A stretch of 61,246 bases of DNA from a virus (Duplodnaviria > Caudoviricetes), in the IMG/VR virus record IMGVR_UViG_3300044251_000017, positions 1 through 61,246 of that record. One strand, 5' to 3'. A program made the position numbers and the translations under genes. The notes beneath the pieces were generated by a model, which saw only the letters and a program-made list of their open reading frames with translations, did not search any database and was not told the origin of the DNA. Positions 1 through 9,553 of this stretch are shown here, in pieces; the stretch's first letter is position 1, and every line of letters starts with the position of its first letter.

Positions 1-619
1 TCTTGTCGCCGGCCCACTGCTTGTAGAGCTCGATGGCGAATTGGATCACCGACATGACCCCGCCGAGTGGGGGCGCGACACCGCGCGAGTAGGTGACCAC
101 GGTCGGCCCGCGGCTGCCGCACAGCGACCAGGTGCGGCCGTCGGTGCGCTCGATCCAGCCCGAGCGCGACAGGCGGTAAAGGTCGGGGTCCAGCGCCGAG
201 CTGCCCTCGGTCACCTCGGTGATGGCGGTCGCGCTGCCGTCCAGCTTGAGCGCGACGGGCGAGGGGTGCGTGCCCGAGTAGCCGACCAGGTAGCCCCATC
301 CGTACCAAGCTTCCCCCGCGAGGATGCCGTTGGACCAGCATCCACACGAGTAGTCGGACTCGAACGGCCACGTCCCGGTGCCGATGGCGGCCGGGCGGGA
401 GGCGAAGGTGGCGGTGGCCTCGCAGCCGATACCGAGCCACCGCGAGCCGGACAGCAGGTACAGCACTTCGGACGCGTACATGATCAGCACGCGCCACTGG
501 TTGTCCGAGAGCAAGGCCCGGTACGTCTCCGGGATGTCGGACGGCTGCGCCCACGGACCACACAGCATGGCCGTGGTGTTCGCCGGCGGGCCGTCCGGCA
601 CCGGGACGGGATTGGTCAT
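1..619 (-). CDS. Head-to-tail adaptor, 5' part (continues at 61246)
   Basis: ATG at 619 overlaps the tail gene stop (ATGA); reads MTNPVPVPDG...MLCGPWA...FAIELYKQWAGDK to the window edge. Confidence 0.75.
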   Translation of the reverse strand, partial: MTNPVPVPDGPPANTTAMLCGPWAQPSDIPETYRALLSDNQWRVLIMYASEVLYLLSGSRWLGIGCEATATFASRPAAIGTGTWPFESDYSCGCWSNGILAGEAWYGWGYLVGYSGTHPSPVALKLDGSATAITEVTEGSSALDPDLYRLSRSGWIERTDGRTWSLCGSRGPTVVTYSRGVAPPLGGVMSVIQFAIELYKQWAGDK

Positions 620-1284
620 GCCTGCGCGACCACCGCGGAGAATCCGGGCTCAAGGTCCGGCAAGGCGGACTCGCGGCAGTACTGCCACACGCGGTCCGCC
701 GGGTGATCGAAGTCGTCCGACGGGCCGGTGCCCCATCCGGCGTTCTGCAACGAGTAGCCGTCGAACTCGGGGATCATGGCTTCCTCGCCGCCGAGCACCC
801 ACGAGCCCGAGGGGATGAGGAACGCGCGCGGCAGGATCCAGTGGAAGTACGGCAGCGAGGCGGCCAGCGTCGAGCCGATGATGGCCCTCGTCCAGAACTC
901 CAGGGAGACGCCGTTGGGCACCTCCTCAACGCCCACGAGCGGCGCGCGGTACCCGATCTGGTTCGGCGTTGGCGTGGCGGTGTCGTTGATGACCTCGCCG
1001 CCGATGAGGAACTGCGTCAGGTTTGGATCGGGGGTGCAGATCTGCAAGCCCTTGATCGAACCGCGCTTGAGCGTGTAGGGCGCCTGGTAGTTGACGCAGG
1101 CGATCCCGGTGCCGTTGAGCTGCGTGACCTGCTTGGCGTCCTCGTATTCGAGGCCGATCTCGGTCTTGACCAGCGCATCGGACACGTAGGCGTTCGACGC
1201 GCCCACGAGCGGCACGCCGGCCTCGTCCAGCTTGGTCACGCGGATGCCGAGGGCAAACAGCGTGCCTGCTCCGTCGTAGGACAT
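616..1284 (-). CDS. Major tail protein
   Basis: 222 aa, GIRVTKLDEAG...LEFWTRA...YFHWILP, resembles actinophage major tail subunits; follows capsid genes. Confidence 0.8.
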   Translation of the reverse strand: MSYDGAGTLFALGIRVTKLDEAGVPLVGASNAYVSDALVKTEIGLEYEDAKQVTQLNGTGIACVNYQAPYTLKRGSIKGLQICTPDPNLTQFLIGGEVINDTATPTPNQIGYRAPLVGVEEVPNGVSLEFWTRAIIGSTLAASLPYFHWILPRAFLIPSGSWVLGGEEAMIPEFDGYSLQNAGWGTGPSDDFDHPADRVWQYCRESALPDLEPGFSAVVAQA

Positions 1285-1294
1285 ATCGGTTTCC

Positions 1295-2440
1295 TTACGT
1301 CGCTTCCGGGATCTGCATGGCGAATTGGCAACACGGGTCGAACGCCGCGGCGAACATCCGATCGGCCCACACCTGCCGCGAGTTGAGCCGCCGATCCACC
1401 GTGACCGCCATGTCCGCGGTGGTCACCACCGGCCCGAGCCGCGCCTCGACCGGGCCGGTGGCGTACATCCACAGTCCAGCGAGCGTGGCCCGCGCGACGC
1501 CTGGCGTGGCCGTGGTGACTCCTACGGCCGGTGCCGTGCCGCCGGTGAGGCCGGTCCCGGACGCGGTCATCTGCGCGACGTTGCCGGGTGCGAGGAACGT
1601 CACCGTGTACGGACCGCCGTTCGCGCCGGTCACCGCGATGTCCCCCGGCGCGATGTTCGAGAGAGCTTCGAGCGCAGCGCGGTAGACGGCCGCGGTCGCG
1701 TTGAACGCCACGCCTGCGGTGGTCTGCCCGCTGTAGGTCGTGGTGAAGGTGCCGCCCGTCGGCGCGCCGGTGATAGTGACGGTCTGGACTTCCTGCGTGC
1801 CGGCGTCCAGCGGGCCGGTGCTGGTGTAGCCCGCATCGGCGATCACGGTGGCATCCGTGTGCGTTTTGATCTCGTTGCCCACCCGGCGCAGCTGTGCGCC
1901 GACGCGGTTGACCACGCGAATCGGGACGTGAAGGAACACCTGCTGCCCGCGGGTCTGCTCGCGCGCGGTCTGTTCGAGCAAGCCGAGCGCGTCGAGCAGG
2001 TTCTCAGGCGTCTCGGTGATGATCTCGGCGTTGTCGTCCGCGAGATAGCCGTTGCGGGTCTGCCCGTTGCGGGCCGGAATGTCGTAGGGGTCGGCCTGCG
2101 TACCGGCGCCGGTCCACAGCTCGTTCGCGACAGCGTAGGAGGCGACCGCCTCGGCGAGCCGCGTCACGCGGTCCGGGTCGAACCCGCGTTCGAGCGTGCT
2201 GCACGTGTCCACCACGCGATAGCCCGCGGGACGGTAGTAGACCGGCTGCGAGAAATCGCCGTCCGGCAGGTCGGGTTCCGAGCACGGCCCGAACACCTGC
2301 AAGGACGGGCACAGCTCGCCGCGGAACGAGATGCCTTCCATCCATGCGGTATTGGTGGAGGCGGGCATGAGTGCGGACGCGAGGAGGTTGGCCGCCGTCG
2401 GCGCGGTGGCCTTGAAGGCTTGGACCTCGGTGTAGAGCAC
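1295..2440 (-). CDS. Minor capsid/decoration protein with inserted beta-rich domain
   Basis: Directly downstream of major capsid; EVQTVTITGAPTGGTFT insertion; AAFDPCC C-terminus. Confidence 0.65.
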   Translation of the reverse strand: MLYTEVQAFKATAPTAANLLASALMPASTNTAWMEGISFRGELCPSLQVFGPCSEPDLPDGDFSQPVYYRPAGYRVVDTCSTLERGFDPDRVTRLAEAVASYAVANELWTGAGTQADPYDIPARNGQTRNGYLADDNAEIITETPENLLDALGLLEQTAREQTRGQQVFLHVPIRVVNRVGAQLRRVGNEIKTHTDATVIADAGYTSTGPLDAGTQEVQTVTITGAPTGGTFTTTYSGQTTAGVAFNATAAVYRAALEALSNIAPGDIAVTGANGGPYTVTFLAPGNVAQMTASGTGLTGGTAPAVGVTTATPGVARATLAGLWMYATGPVEARLGPVVTTADMAVTVDRRLNSRQVWADRMFAAAFDPCCQFAMQIPEAT

Positions 2441-2508
2441 TGGCTAACTCCTCTCGATCGGGATGGGGCCGCACGCAGTCGGGGTGCACGCGGCCCCCTC
2501 GCCACCTC

Positions 2509-4248
2509 TTACGAGATGGTGTCCCAATCGGCCGGGGCCGTGGTGCCCGCGGACGACGCACGCGGTTCGAGCGGCATGACGAGCCGCAAGGACTCCTTGC
2601 CGTCGAACGCCACACCCTCGAACGTCTCGATGAACGTCTGATACCGGTTGCGCCGGTTGAGCTCGCTGTCCCGGACGAGACCGAGGTCCAGCGTGCCGCC
2701 GTCGAGGAACAGCCAGTCACCCTCGACGAACAGCACCGAGTCGACGGCGGTCGGCCAGTCCGGCACAACGCCACCCGCGGCGGTGTCGGCGTAGGTCTGC
2801 GTCGGGATCACGACACCGTTCACCGTGGAGCCGGCGAGGCCGTCCAGGTGCCAGGTGACGTTGACGTTCCGCGTGTTGAAGAACGATTCGATGGTGGCCT
2901 GCGCCATCGCGAACAGCTCGGCCGGCGAGCCCATGGTCATGCGGCGCGCGAGGTCGGTACGGAGCATGTCGATGACCCATTGCGGCATGATCGTCCGCAG
3001 GCTCACCGAGTCGTTCAGGCGGTGGCGGTAGCGGTAGTAGCTGATCACGCGGTCGTAGGTCGCGAGCAGGTCCGCGATGGCCGACAGCTTGCCGCCGAGG
3101 CCCTTGAGCACCTTGGAACCCGCGAAGATCCGCGAGAGTAACTGGTTCTCGGCGAACCGGGCCCACGCCACCATCGAGGCGCGCGTGGTCGCATCGACCC
3201 ACTCGGTATCGAACCGGGCGGTCATGTTCGGGAACTCCAGGCACATGTACGTGGAGTAGATCGAGGCTTCGAGCACCCCGGGGCAGTCGACGGTCAGGCA
3301 CGACTTGTAGACGTTCGTGTCCGGGTCAGCCGGCGGCTGGACGATGGCCTGATCGTTGGCTTGCGTCCACACGCCGAGGCCAGTCGACATCGAGAGCGCG
3401 TCGAACGGGGCGCGGTACTGGATGCCGCCGCGCTGCACGCCGAACCGGGTGAGTGCGTCGCGCACCGGCCGGTCGGTGACACCGAGCACCTTGATGTCGT
3501 AGCGGACCTCAAGCGGCAGGCAGAGCCCACCGGCGGCCACGATCGCCTCGGGCCCCTTGGCCTCGGCGATCCTCGCGGTGTTCTGTGTGGCGTCCGTGCC
3601 GAGGGTTCGGTTCTCGGGGTAGGCGAAATCGACGCGAGCCACGTCCATCCGGCCGCCACCGCCGGTGCTGTTGGCTCGCTCGGCGAACGCCTTGAAGAAT
3701 GTGGTGTCGTCCAGGGCCATGCCCATTTCCATGCCCGGCACGCCGCCGCGCACGCGGGTCGCCACTTGGACGGTCCCCGCGGTGTTCGGCTCGGCCGGCT
3801 GGTCACCGTTGAGTCCGCCGAGGCCGGCCGCGGTGCGGGACTTGGGGGCCGCCTTCTTGGCGGTCTTGCCCTCGTCTATCGGGTCCGCCTTGTCGGCAGC
3901 GCCCTGGCCGGGGATTTCGCCGGACGCACCGGGGTCCGGCACATCGGAGTTGTCCGGGTCCGGGTGCGGGATGTTGTCGCGCTCGGGGTCGTGCGTGCCG
4001 TCCAGCTCGGCGAGTGCCGCCTTCTGCTGGTCCGACAGGGAAGCCTCACCGGCACGGCGAGCCACCTCGGCAGTGAACGCCCGGCGCTGTTCGACCAGCG
4101 CGGTGAGCGCGGCCACGTTGTCGGCGTTGATTTCGGCGAGGGCGAGCTCACTACCCGCGGCCTTGATCGCCTCAAGTGCCGCCTTGAGATCGGCATCGGT
4201 CGCGTTCGCGAGGTCCGCGAGAATTGCCTTGATGCGTTCCGGGTCCAC
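2509..4248 (-). CDS. Major capsid protein with N-terminal scaffold-like region
   Basis: 579 aa; coiled-coil N-terminus, AAGGLCLP, FLDGGTLDLGLVRDSELNRRNRYQTFIETFEG. Confidence 0.9.
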   Translation of the reverse strand: MDPERIKAILADLANATDADLKAALEAIKAAGSELALAEINADNVAALTALVEQRRAFTAEVARRAGEASLSDQQKAALAELDGTHDPERDNIPHPDPDNSDVPDPGASGEIPGQGAADKADPIDEGKTAKKAAPKSRTAAGLGGLNGDQPAEPNTAGTVQVATRVRGGVPGMEMGMALDDTTFFKAFAERANSTGGGGRMDVARVDFAYPENRTLGTDATQNTARIAEAKGPEAIVAAGGLCLPLEVRYDIKVLGVTDRPVRDALTRFGVQRGGIQYRAPFDALSMSTGLGVWTQANDQAIVQPPADPDTNVYKSCLTVDCPGVLEASIYSTYMCLEFPNMTARFDTEWVDATTRASMVAWARFAENQLLSRIFAGSKVLKGLGGKLSAIADLLATYDRVISYYRYRHRLNDSVSLRTIMPQWVIDMLRTDLARRMTMGSPAELFAMAQATIESFFNTRNVNVTWHLDGLAGSTVNGVVIPTQTYADTAAGGVVPDWPTAVDSVLFVEGDWLFLDGGTLDLGLVRDSELNRRNRYQTFIETFEGVAFDGKESLRLVMPLEPRASSAGTTAPADWDTIS

Positions 4249-4412
4249 GGTCGGCCCCTTCCATCGCTAGTACGGGCGACGGGGGCCGGATGGTGCTTAG
4301 AGCGCCTGTCCGTAGGCCACTTGGAGCGGCAAACGCACGAGTGCCCCGTCTGGCTTGGAACGATGCCAGACGGGGCAGCTCGGGTGATCTGATTACGCGT
4401 TCGATACGCGGT

Positions 4413-4757
4413 TTAGTCGAGATCGTCATCCAGCGCGTGAGGCACCTGGTCGACGATCTCGGCGAGCCAGCCGGGCATCACGTTATGCCGATCCGGCACA
4501 GACCAGGCTTCGCCGCCGAGCATTTTCCCGAACGTGCCATCCTTCTTGATGTTCGGCCCACTCGCGTAGACCCACCGGTCACCGCTACGTGCGTTCGTGA
4601 AGCCCTGACTGCGGTACCGGTCCCACGGCCATCCGTTGATGGCGTCCGTGATCGTGACATAGCGGGCCTCGAATCGACGGCCTCGGGTCTGCTCGATCGT
4701 CGTCGGCGTGTCGAGCAGTAGCTCGGTGACGCGGGTAAGCGGGAGTGCGGAGTCCAT
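4413..4757 (-). CDS. Hypothetical protein
   Basis: AAGGA RBS, phage-like codon use. Confidence 0.7.
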   Translation of the reverse strand: MDSALPLTRVTELLLDTPTTIEQTRGRRFEARYVTITDAINGWPWDRYRSQGFTNARSGDRWVYASGPNIKKDGTFGKMLGGEAWSVPDRHNVMPGWLAEIVDQVPHALDDDLD

Positions 4758-4790
4758 GATCCTTCTTTCTTGGCAGGTCGGATGTTCGGG

Positions 4791-5033
4791 CTAGTCGTTC
4801 TCGGCCGCGCGCGGGTCCACGGTGATGCCCTCGCCCGGATCTTCGCAAGGCGGGTAGAGGCCGACGCGCGAGGTGTGGCAGACGGGGCAGACCTCGAACA
4901 CGGGCAACTCGCAGCGCAAGATCCATTCGGGGTCAGGTTCGGGCACGAGGCCGACAGGCTGCCAGCGGTGCGCCTCGGGCTCGGACGAGATCACGGCGGG
5001 GCACGCGCCGTCGCGCGCTACGGGGTCGGTCAC
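4791..5033 (-). CDS. Hypothetical Cys-rich protein
   Basis: GTG overlaps upstream stop; CPVC motif. Confidence 0.55.
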   Translation of the reverse strand: MTDPVARDGACPAVISSEPEAHRWQPVGLVPEPDPEWILRCELPVFEVCPVCHTSRVGLYPPCEDPGEGITVDPRAAEND

Positions 5034-5326
5034 GAGCGCGTGTCGCGAGTCAGCTCGACGACGTTGACCGGCACAGCGAGCACGCCGATGGTGCTCGCGT
5101 ATGCCTGCGCCATGGTCGCGTGTGCGGTCGCCTGCGCCCAACACCCCATGGCCTTCTTGCCGAGGTCGTCGCGCAACTCGGCAGCCTGGTGAGTGTCGGC
5201 ATCCGCGTAGTACTGGATCTTGTCTACTGCGCGGATGCCAGCGCGCATGGCGTCCTCGGCAAGACCCATGTGCTGCCAGAAGGCGACGACGAACGGTTCG
5301 GGGCCGATTTCTTCGATTTCGGTCAC
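5030..5326 (-). CDS. Hypothetical protein
   Basis: GTG start with AGGAGAGG RBS. Confidence 0.65.
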   Translation of the reverse strand: MTEIEEIGPEPFVVAFWQHMGLAEDAMRAGIRAVDKIQYYADADTHQAAELRDDLGKKAMGCWAQATAHATMAQAYASTIGVLAVPVNVVELTRDTRS

Positions 5327-5413
5327 GTCTTCCTCTCCTGAAATGGACGGGCCCCCGACGACTGGCCGTGTGTGCATCCGGCCGTCGGGGGCAACCCGCA
5401 TGGGGTGTTCGCT

Positions 5414-5656
5414 CTAGCCTTCGGTGATCATCTCGGCGTGCTCGGCAATCCACTCGGGCGTGAACTCGGTCCAATCGGTCACCGTGCCGACCACGAAATA
5501 CGGTTCGGTGTTGAGCGTGGCCCATACGGTCCGGCCGTCGTCACCAAGATTGGCCCATCCGTGAATGCCAGTCGCGGTCTCAAGGTGGTAGCCCCGCGAA
5601 CCCTCGGGGGCGTAGTCCGGGGCAGTGGCGATGATGGTGTTCGTCGTCTTGGTCAT
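5414..5656 (-). CDS. Hypothetical protein (leaderless)
   Basis: ATG 6 nt after TATGAT -10. Confidence 0.7.
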   Translation of the reverse strand: MTKTTNTIIATAPDYAPEGSRGYHLETATGIHGWANLGDDGRTVWATLNTEPYFVVGTVTDWTEFTPEWIAEHAEMITEG

Positions 5657-5662
5657 ACTCAT

Positions 5663-5691
5663 ATCATACCCCCCAATATAGGGGGATGCAA
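5663..5691 (-). promoter_or_regulatory. Promoter TTGCAT-17-TATGAT with C5-N6-G5 box as spacer
   Basis: TTGCAT ccccctatattgggggg TATGAT. Confidence 0.85.
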
Positions 5692-5694
5692 TAG

Positions 5695-6267
5695 CTACGG
5701 CGTACCCGATCCGAGCAGCTTGCTGATGTCGTTGACCAGCCCACCGGTGGCATCGAGACACTGCGACGCGGTACCCGAGCACGGCGCGGACGCGGGGGGT
5801 TGCGGGAAGTCCGGCCAGTCCGGCGTGCTCGAACAGGTGTTGTTGACCTGGCGCACGCCGTTCGAGCACCACACCTCGGCCGGAATCTGGTTCCGCGCGA
5901 TGTCCGGGTTCTGCGAGTCCGGGATCTTGGGCGCGGTGGCCGGGCGAGTCTTGGGCGCGCTCGCCGGCGCACGGGTGACCGGGGCCGCGGGGACGGTCGT
6001 GGTCTGAACCCGATTTGAAACCGTGTCGGGTTGGAAGGCGGGAGGCGTCACGACCACCGGCGGCACGACCTTGACCGCGGGGAACGAGTGCTCGGGGATC
6101 GGCAGCGGCGCCGGGGCTGGGATGGTGACCGCGGTGGACGGGGAGCTCGGCGCGTCCTTGTCGTCGGCAGCGTCGTTGATCAGCCAGCCGGCGCCAAAGA
6201 GGGCCACGAGCGTGGCGCCGCCGAGGAACACGCGGACCTGCGATGCGGGCTTGCGGTGATTGGGCAT
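5695..6267 (-). CDS. Pro-rich single-pass membrane protein
   Basis: AAGGAG RBS; TM segment VFLGGATLVALFGAGWLI; Cys-containing C-terminus. Confidence 0.7.
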   Translation of the reverse strand: MPNHRKPASQVRVFLGGATLVALFGAGWLINDAADDKDAPSSPSTAVTIPAPAPLPIPEHSFPAVKVVPPVVVTPPAFQPDTVSNRVQTTTVPAAPVTRAPASAPKTRPATAPKIPDSQNPDIARNQIPAEVWCSNGVRQVNNTCSSTPDWPDFPQPPASAPCSGTASQCLDATGGLVNDISKLLGSGTP

Positions 6268-6289
6268 GGTGCGGATCTCCTTTGTGCGG

Positions 6290-7069
6290 TTAACGAGCGA
6301 GTTGAGCTTGGAGTGCGAGGCCGAGGTGCCGCGCGTAAGCGGGAGGAATGGCCTCGTTGAGTTCCTCTTGCACGTCCGTGTGATAGAGCCCGAGCGCCAC
6401 CTGTGATTCGGCGACCGAGGGCTTGCCCCCCCCGTCGCCGTAGACGCCGTAGACCGTGCCGGAGTGCCGGACGCCATGCTTGGGGCAGGGGCGGCCGTCC
6501 TCGGCGGACGAGACGAGGCAGTTGTGGCGCCATCCGATGGTGCGATGGCCGGTGTGCAGCCCACGATGCGGCTTGGGTTCCGGCACAGCGAATCCGTCCA
6601 GCTCGAAGTACCGGTGCCGATAGGTAGCGAGACGGAAGTGCTGTCCGCAGAGCATGAGGTCCCGGCGCAACTCATCACTCACGCCGTTCTCGACCGAGGT
6701 AGCCACGCCGTACGCCGTACGCAGACGTTCGTTCATCGCACGCGTGTCCGGGATGAGGTTGACGTGGTCATCCGTCCAGCCCTCGCGAGTCCGGTTGGCA
6801 GCCGTGATGGCGATGTTGGCTTGGCACGGCGGCGAGTTGTGCACGAGCACCACCGAGCGACCCGCCGCTACCAGGCCAGCCACGAGCCGCGGAACAACTT
6901 CGAGCACGTCCCCTTGAGCGAACCGGTACGGGTAGTTCGGTTGCGGGTTGATGTCCACCCCGTACACCTCGAACCCCGCATCGGTCAGACCGCGCCCGGC
7001 GCCACCCGCGCAACAGAAGCCGTCAATGGCCACGTAGCGGGTGCCGTCGGGCGCGAACCGGTCAGTCAT
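6290..7069 (-). CDS. DNA cytosine-5 methyltransferase
   Basis: Motif I DGFCCAGG, catalytic SPPCQ, EN, RHRYFE, EAIPP. Confidence 0.85.
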   Translation of the reverse strand: MTDRFAPDGTRYVAIDGFCCAGGAGRGLTDAGFEVYGVDINPQPNYPYRFAQGDVLEVVPRLVAGLVAAGRSVVLVHNSPPCQANIAITAANRTREGWTDDHVNLIPDTRAMNERLRTAYGVATSVENGVSDELRRDLMLCGQHFRLATYRHRYFELDGFAVPEPKPHRGLHTGHRTIGWRHNCLVSSAEDGRPCPKHGVRHSGTVYGVYGDGGGKPSVAESQVALGLYHTDVQEELNEAIPPAYARHLGLALQAQLAR

Positions 7070-7482
7070 CGGACCGCGGTAACCGCGTAACGCGCGGCCT
7101 CGGCCTGGTCCACGCAGTTCGTGCCGTGCGCGGCGTAGACGAGGAAGTGCTTGCCACCGGGCTTCTCGGCGAGCTTCTGCGCCTTGGGGTCCGCAGTGAC
7201 GGCCGTGAGCGGCAACGGCAGATTGAGGTGCTCGGCGTTGGTCTTGCAGATCTTGCACTTGCAGGTGACGATCAGGCCGGTTGCGGCGCCGTCGGCGTCC
7301 TGCGTCTTGGACGCTGCGCGGACGACCTGCTCGGCCTGGTACTCCCGGATGGTCGCGAGGTGCGCCTTGGCCCGCGAGGGGCTGCCACCGGCGAGCATCT
7401 TGATGTAGTCCATCTGCTCGGCAATCAGGTCGGTCAAGTCGGCGTCGGTGTAGAGGTCCAGGATGTTCGTCGTCTCGTTCAT
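7066..7482 (-). CDS. Hypothetical protein (leaderless, CxCxxC)
   Basis: ATG 7 nt after TAACAT -10; ATGA overlap with the methyltransferase. Confidence 0.7.
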   Translation of the reverse strand: MNETTNILDLYTDADLTDLIAEQMDYIKMLAGGSPSRAKAHLATIREYQAEQVVRAASKTQDADGAATGLIVTCKCKICKTNAEHLNLPLPLTAVTADPKAQKLAEKPGGKHFLVYAAHGTNCVDQAEAARYAVTAVR

Positions 7483-7489
7483 GAGAAGA

Positions 7490-7518
7490 ATGTTACCCCC
7501 CATATTGGGGGGACGCAA
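7490..7518 (-). promoter_or_regulatory. Promoter TTGCGT-17-TAACAT with box
   Basis: TTGCGT ccccccaatatgggggg TAACAT. Confidence 0.85.
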
Positions 7519-7541
7519 TAGGCAATCTACTGCGTCCCCCG

Positions 7542-7775
7542 TCACACGGTCCGACGTAGCCGGACTGCCTTCCGCTCATCGGCGGTCATGCCACCGAACA
7601 CGCCCCACGGCTCGGCGAGGTGGGCGGCCAGGCACTCGTTCGCGACCGGGCACATTCGGCACACGTCCTTCGCCTCGGTCTCCTGGAACTCAAGCAGGGC
7701 GCCGCCCTTGGCCCACGGGAAGAACACCTCGGGGTCAACGTCGCGGCACAGTGCGTCTCGCATCCACTCGTCCAT
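7542..7775 (-). CDS. whiB: WhiB-family transcription factor
   Basis: C..DPEVFFP...CxxCPV..EC...GVFGGMT..ER. Confidence 0.92.
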   Translation of the reverse strand: MDEWMRDALCRDVDPEVFFPWAKGGALLEFQETEAKDVCRMCPVANECLAAHLAEPWGVFGGMTADERKAVRLRRTV

Positions 7776-7813
7776 CGCGCACCTCCTCGGATTGATGGGG
7801 CGCGATGGCGCCC

Positions 7814-8044
7814 CTAATAGCTTCGCGTGGTCCAGACCTCACGCTGCTTGCCGTCCACGATCGAAACGGGCTCCCACTCGCCCGCTTCATCTACCGAAGC
7901 GCCTCCACCGAACGCTCCGTGGACCAAGCCGCCGGGCATGTCAGGGCTGTCCACGAAGATCTCGGCGGCTTCCTCGGGAGAGTTGGCTTCAACGTCGATC
8001 GTGGTGCTGACGATCATCTGAATGTGCACGCCGTAGACGGGCAT
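7814..8044 (-). CDS. Hypothetical acidic protein
   Basis: AAGGAG RBS; DVEANSPEEA motif common in small phage proteins. Confidence 0.65.
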   Translation of the reverse strand: MPVYGVHIQMIVSTTIDVEANSPEEAAEIFVDSPDMPGGLVHGAFGGGASVDEAGEWEPVSIVDGKQREVWTTRSY

Positions 8045-8054
8045 CGTGGTCTCC

Positions 8055-8324
8055 TTAAGGCTTGATCGAGATCTGCTCGTGCTCGGGCAAGGGGTGCGCG
8101 AGCACGCGGTCTGCACGTTCGATCATCTCGGCGAGCTGCCGAACGGATCGCCCGCTTGCGATCGTGATCACCAGCTCGCTGCGTGCGGCGGCGATCCGGG
8201 CTTCCAGCTCCACGATCCGGCTGGTCAATTCGTCCACGTCGAGCGGGAGTTCCGCCTCGTAAAGCGCACGCTCACGTGGAGTCATCTCGGCCCACGTGAG
8301 GTAGCGCCAGTCTCTTTCGGTCAT
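8055..8324 (-). CDS. Hypothetical protein
   Basis: GAGGAG RBS. Confidence 0.6.
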   Translation of the reverse strand: MTERDWRYLTWAEMTPRERALYEAELPLDVDELTSRIVELEARIAAARSELVITIASGRSVRQLAEMIERADRVLAHPLPEHEQISIKP

Positions 8325-8335
8325 CGGTGATCTCC

Positions 8336-8572
8336 TCACGTGCGGTTGCGGTACGCCTCGGTGCGGCCACCGGTGCGCTGAATCGAGGTCCGGCGCACGG
8401 TGTGCAGCCGGACGGTCTGACCGTCACCCTCATCGAGCATCAACTCGTAGCTACCGTCGGCGTTGATGCCGACGACGGCGTACGTGTCGTGCTGGTCCAC
8501 GAGCGACCCGAAGTAGCTCACGTAGTCGTGAACTGCGGGGTCCTGCTCGTGGGTGGGGCGCGTGTTGGTCAT
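8336..8572 (-). CDS. Hypothetical protein (leaderless)
   Basis: ATG 6 nt after TACGAT. Confidence 0.7.
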   Translation of the reverse strand: MTNTRPTHEQDPAVHDYVSYFGSLVDQHDTYAVVGINADGSYELMLDEGDGQTVRLHTVRRTSIQRTGGRTEAYRNRT

Positions 8573-8578
8573 GGCTCT

Positions 8579-8607
8579 ATCGTACCCCCCATTTTGGGGG
8601 GAGACAA
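8579..8607 (-). promoter_or_regulatory. Promoter TTGTCT-17-TACGAT with box
   Basis: TTGTCT ccccccaaaatgggggg TACGAT. Confidence 0.85.
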
Positions 8608-8611
8608 GAGT

Positions 8612-8641
8612 GGCCGGGCCCCGAGTTTCCGGAGCCCGGCC
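8612..8641. terminator. GC hairpin, probable terminator
   Basis: GGCCGGGC...GCCCGGCC just upstream of the promoter. Confidence 0.55.
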
Positions 8642-8654
8642 AGATCGGCTGCGA

Positions 8655-9077
8655 CTAGCTTGCCGCGCGCGCCGATAGCGTGCCCGCCTCGGCCAGGTCC
8701 AGCGCGAGCAATTCGACCTCGTCCCAATTCGCCAGGAGGAGGGTCGATGCCTCGCCGCGCGCCGTCGACTCGGACAGGTCGGCCTCGGCGCTGTAGAGGT
8801 TGAACATCGACAGGTCGTAGCTGCCGCCGTCCTCGGTATTGAAGTGGAGTTGCCGCTTGTCGGCCCAGATGCCGAGGCTCACCACGCCGGCGACCATGCC
8901 GATCAGCCAGCCGCGCAGCTGCTCGTCCGTGACGTAGTCGTCCTTGACCCGGCAGACACCGCCACCCCAGAACTTGTAGATGTCCGTCCGGCCGAGCGTG
9001 AGCCCGCCCTCGCGGAACCCGATGGCGTGGCCGATCTCGTGGACCGCGGTACGCAAGTCCTCCTCGTTGTAGCTCAT
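8655..9077 (-). CDS. HExxH metallopeptidase (M41/M50-like)
   Basis: TAVHEIGHA, GGSYD, NWDEVELLALDL. Confidence 0.7.
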   Translation of the reverse strand: MSYNEEDLRTAVHEIGHAIGFREGGLTLGRTDIYKFWGGGVCRVKDDYVTDEQLRGWLIGMVAGVVSLGIWADKRQLHFNTEDGGSYDLSMFNLYSAEADLSESTARGEASTLLLANWDEVELLALDLAEAGTLSARAAS

Positions 9078-9553
9078 GCGTTCCCCTTCTGGCGCTGCTT
9101 GACGATGAACTGGCCCTTGGGCCATAGGCTCACCTTGGTGCACGTCTTGACGTGCTTCTGGTACGTCTTCTTGCCCGAGGCGCGCCATCCGGCGGCCTGG
9201 TTGCGGGTGCGCATCTCGCCGTAGAGCGGGCGCCCGCCGTCCGGGTTCGGCGTGATGATCATGGTGGTGGTGTCGTCAGGCTCGGCGTCCATCGGGATGA
9301 GCTTCGATTCCTTGCCGCCCGGCGTGCGCGCGTTCGGGTTCGGGATGGTCTGCGTCCACACGATCGGCGCGTGGCAGAACTTGCACGGGGTCGTCGGGAA
9401 CTCGCCATGCGTCGGGTAGGTGCGAGGGAGGCGACCGCACCGGCACATCTGCGGGCCGCCGCACCTCGCCTTGGGTGGTGCCTGATCTTTGGGCTCGTGA
9501 CTCGGGTCGCCGATCCACCACCCGTGCTGATTCCAGCCCTCACGAGTCGACAT
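9074..9553 (-). CDS. Zn-binding hypothetical protein
   Basis: ARCGGPQMC, CKFCHAPIVW, HVKTC. Confidence 0.65.
   Translation of the reverse strand: MSTREGWNQHGWWIGDPSHEPKDQAPPKARCGGPQMCRCGRLPRTYPTHGEFPTTPCKFCHAPIVWTQTIPNPNARTPGGKESKLIPMDAEPDDTTTMIITPNPDGGRPLYGEMRTRNQAAGWRASGKKTYQKHVKTCTKVSLWPKGQFIVKQRQKGNA

Noticed and set aside
6290-7069. Methyltransferase as the cognate enzyme for the GGWCC cluster or part of an R-M system
   Set aside because: Specificity cannot be read from the sequence and no adjacent restriction enzyme is evident
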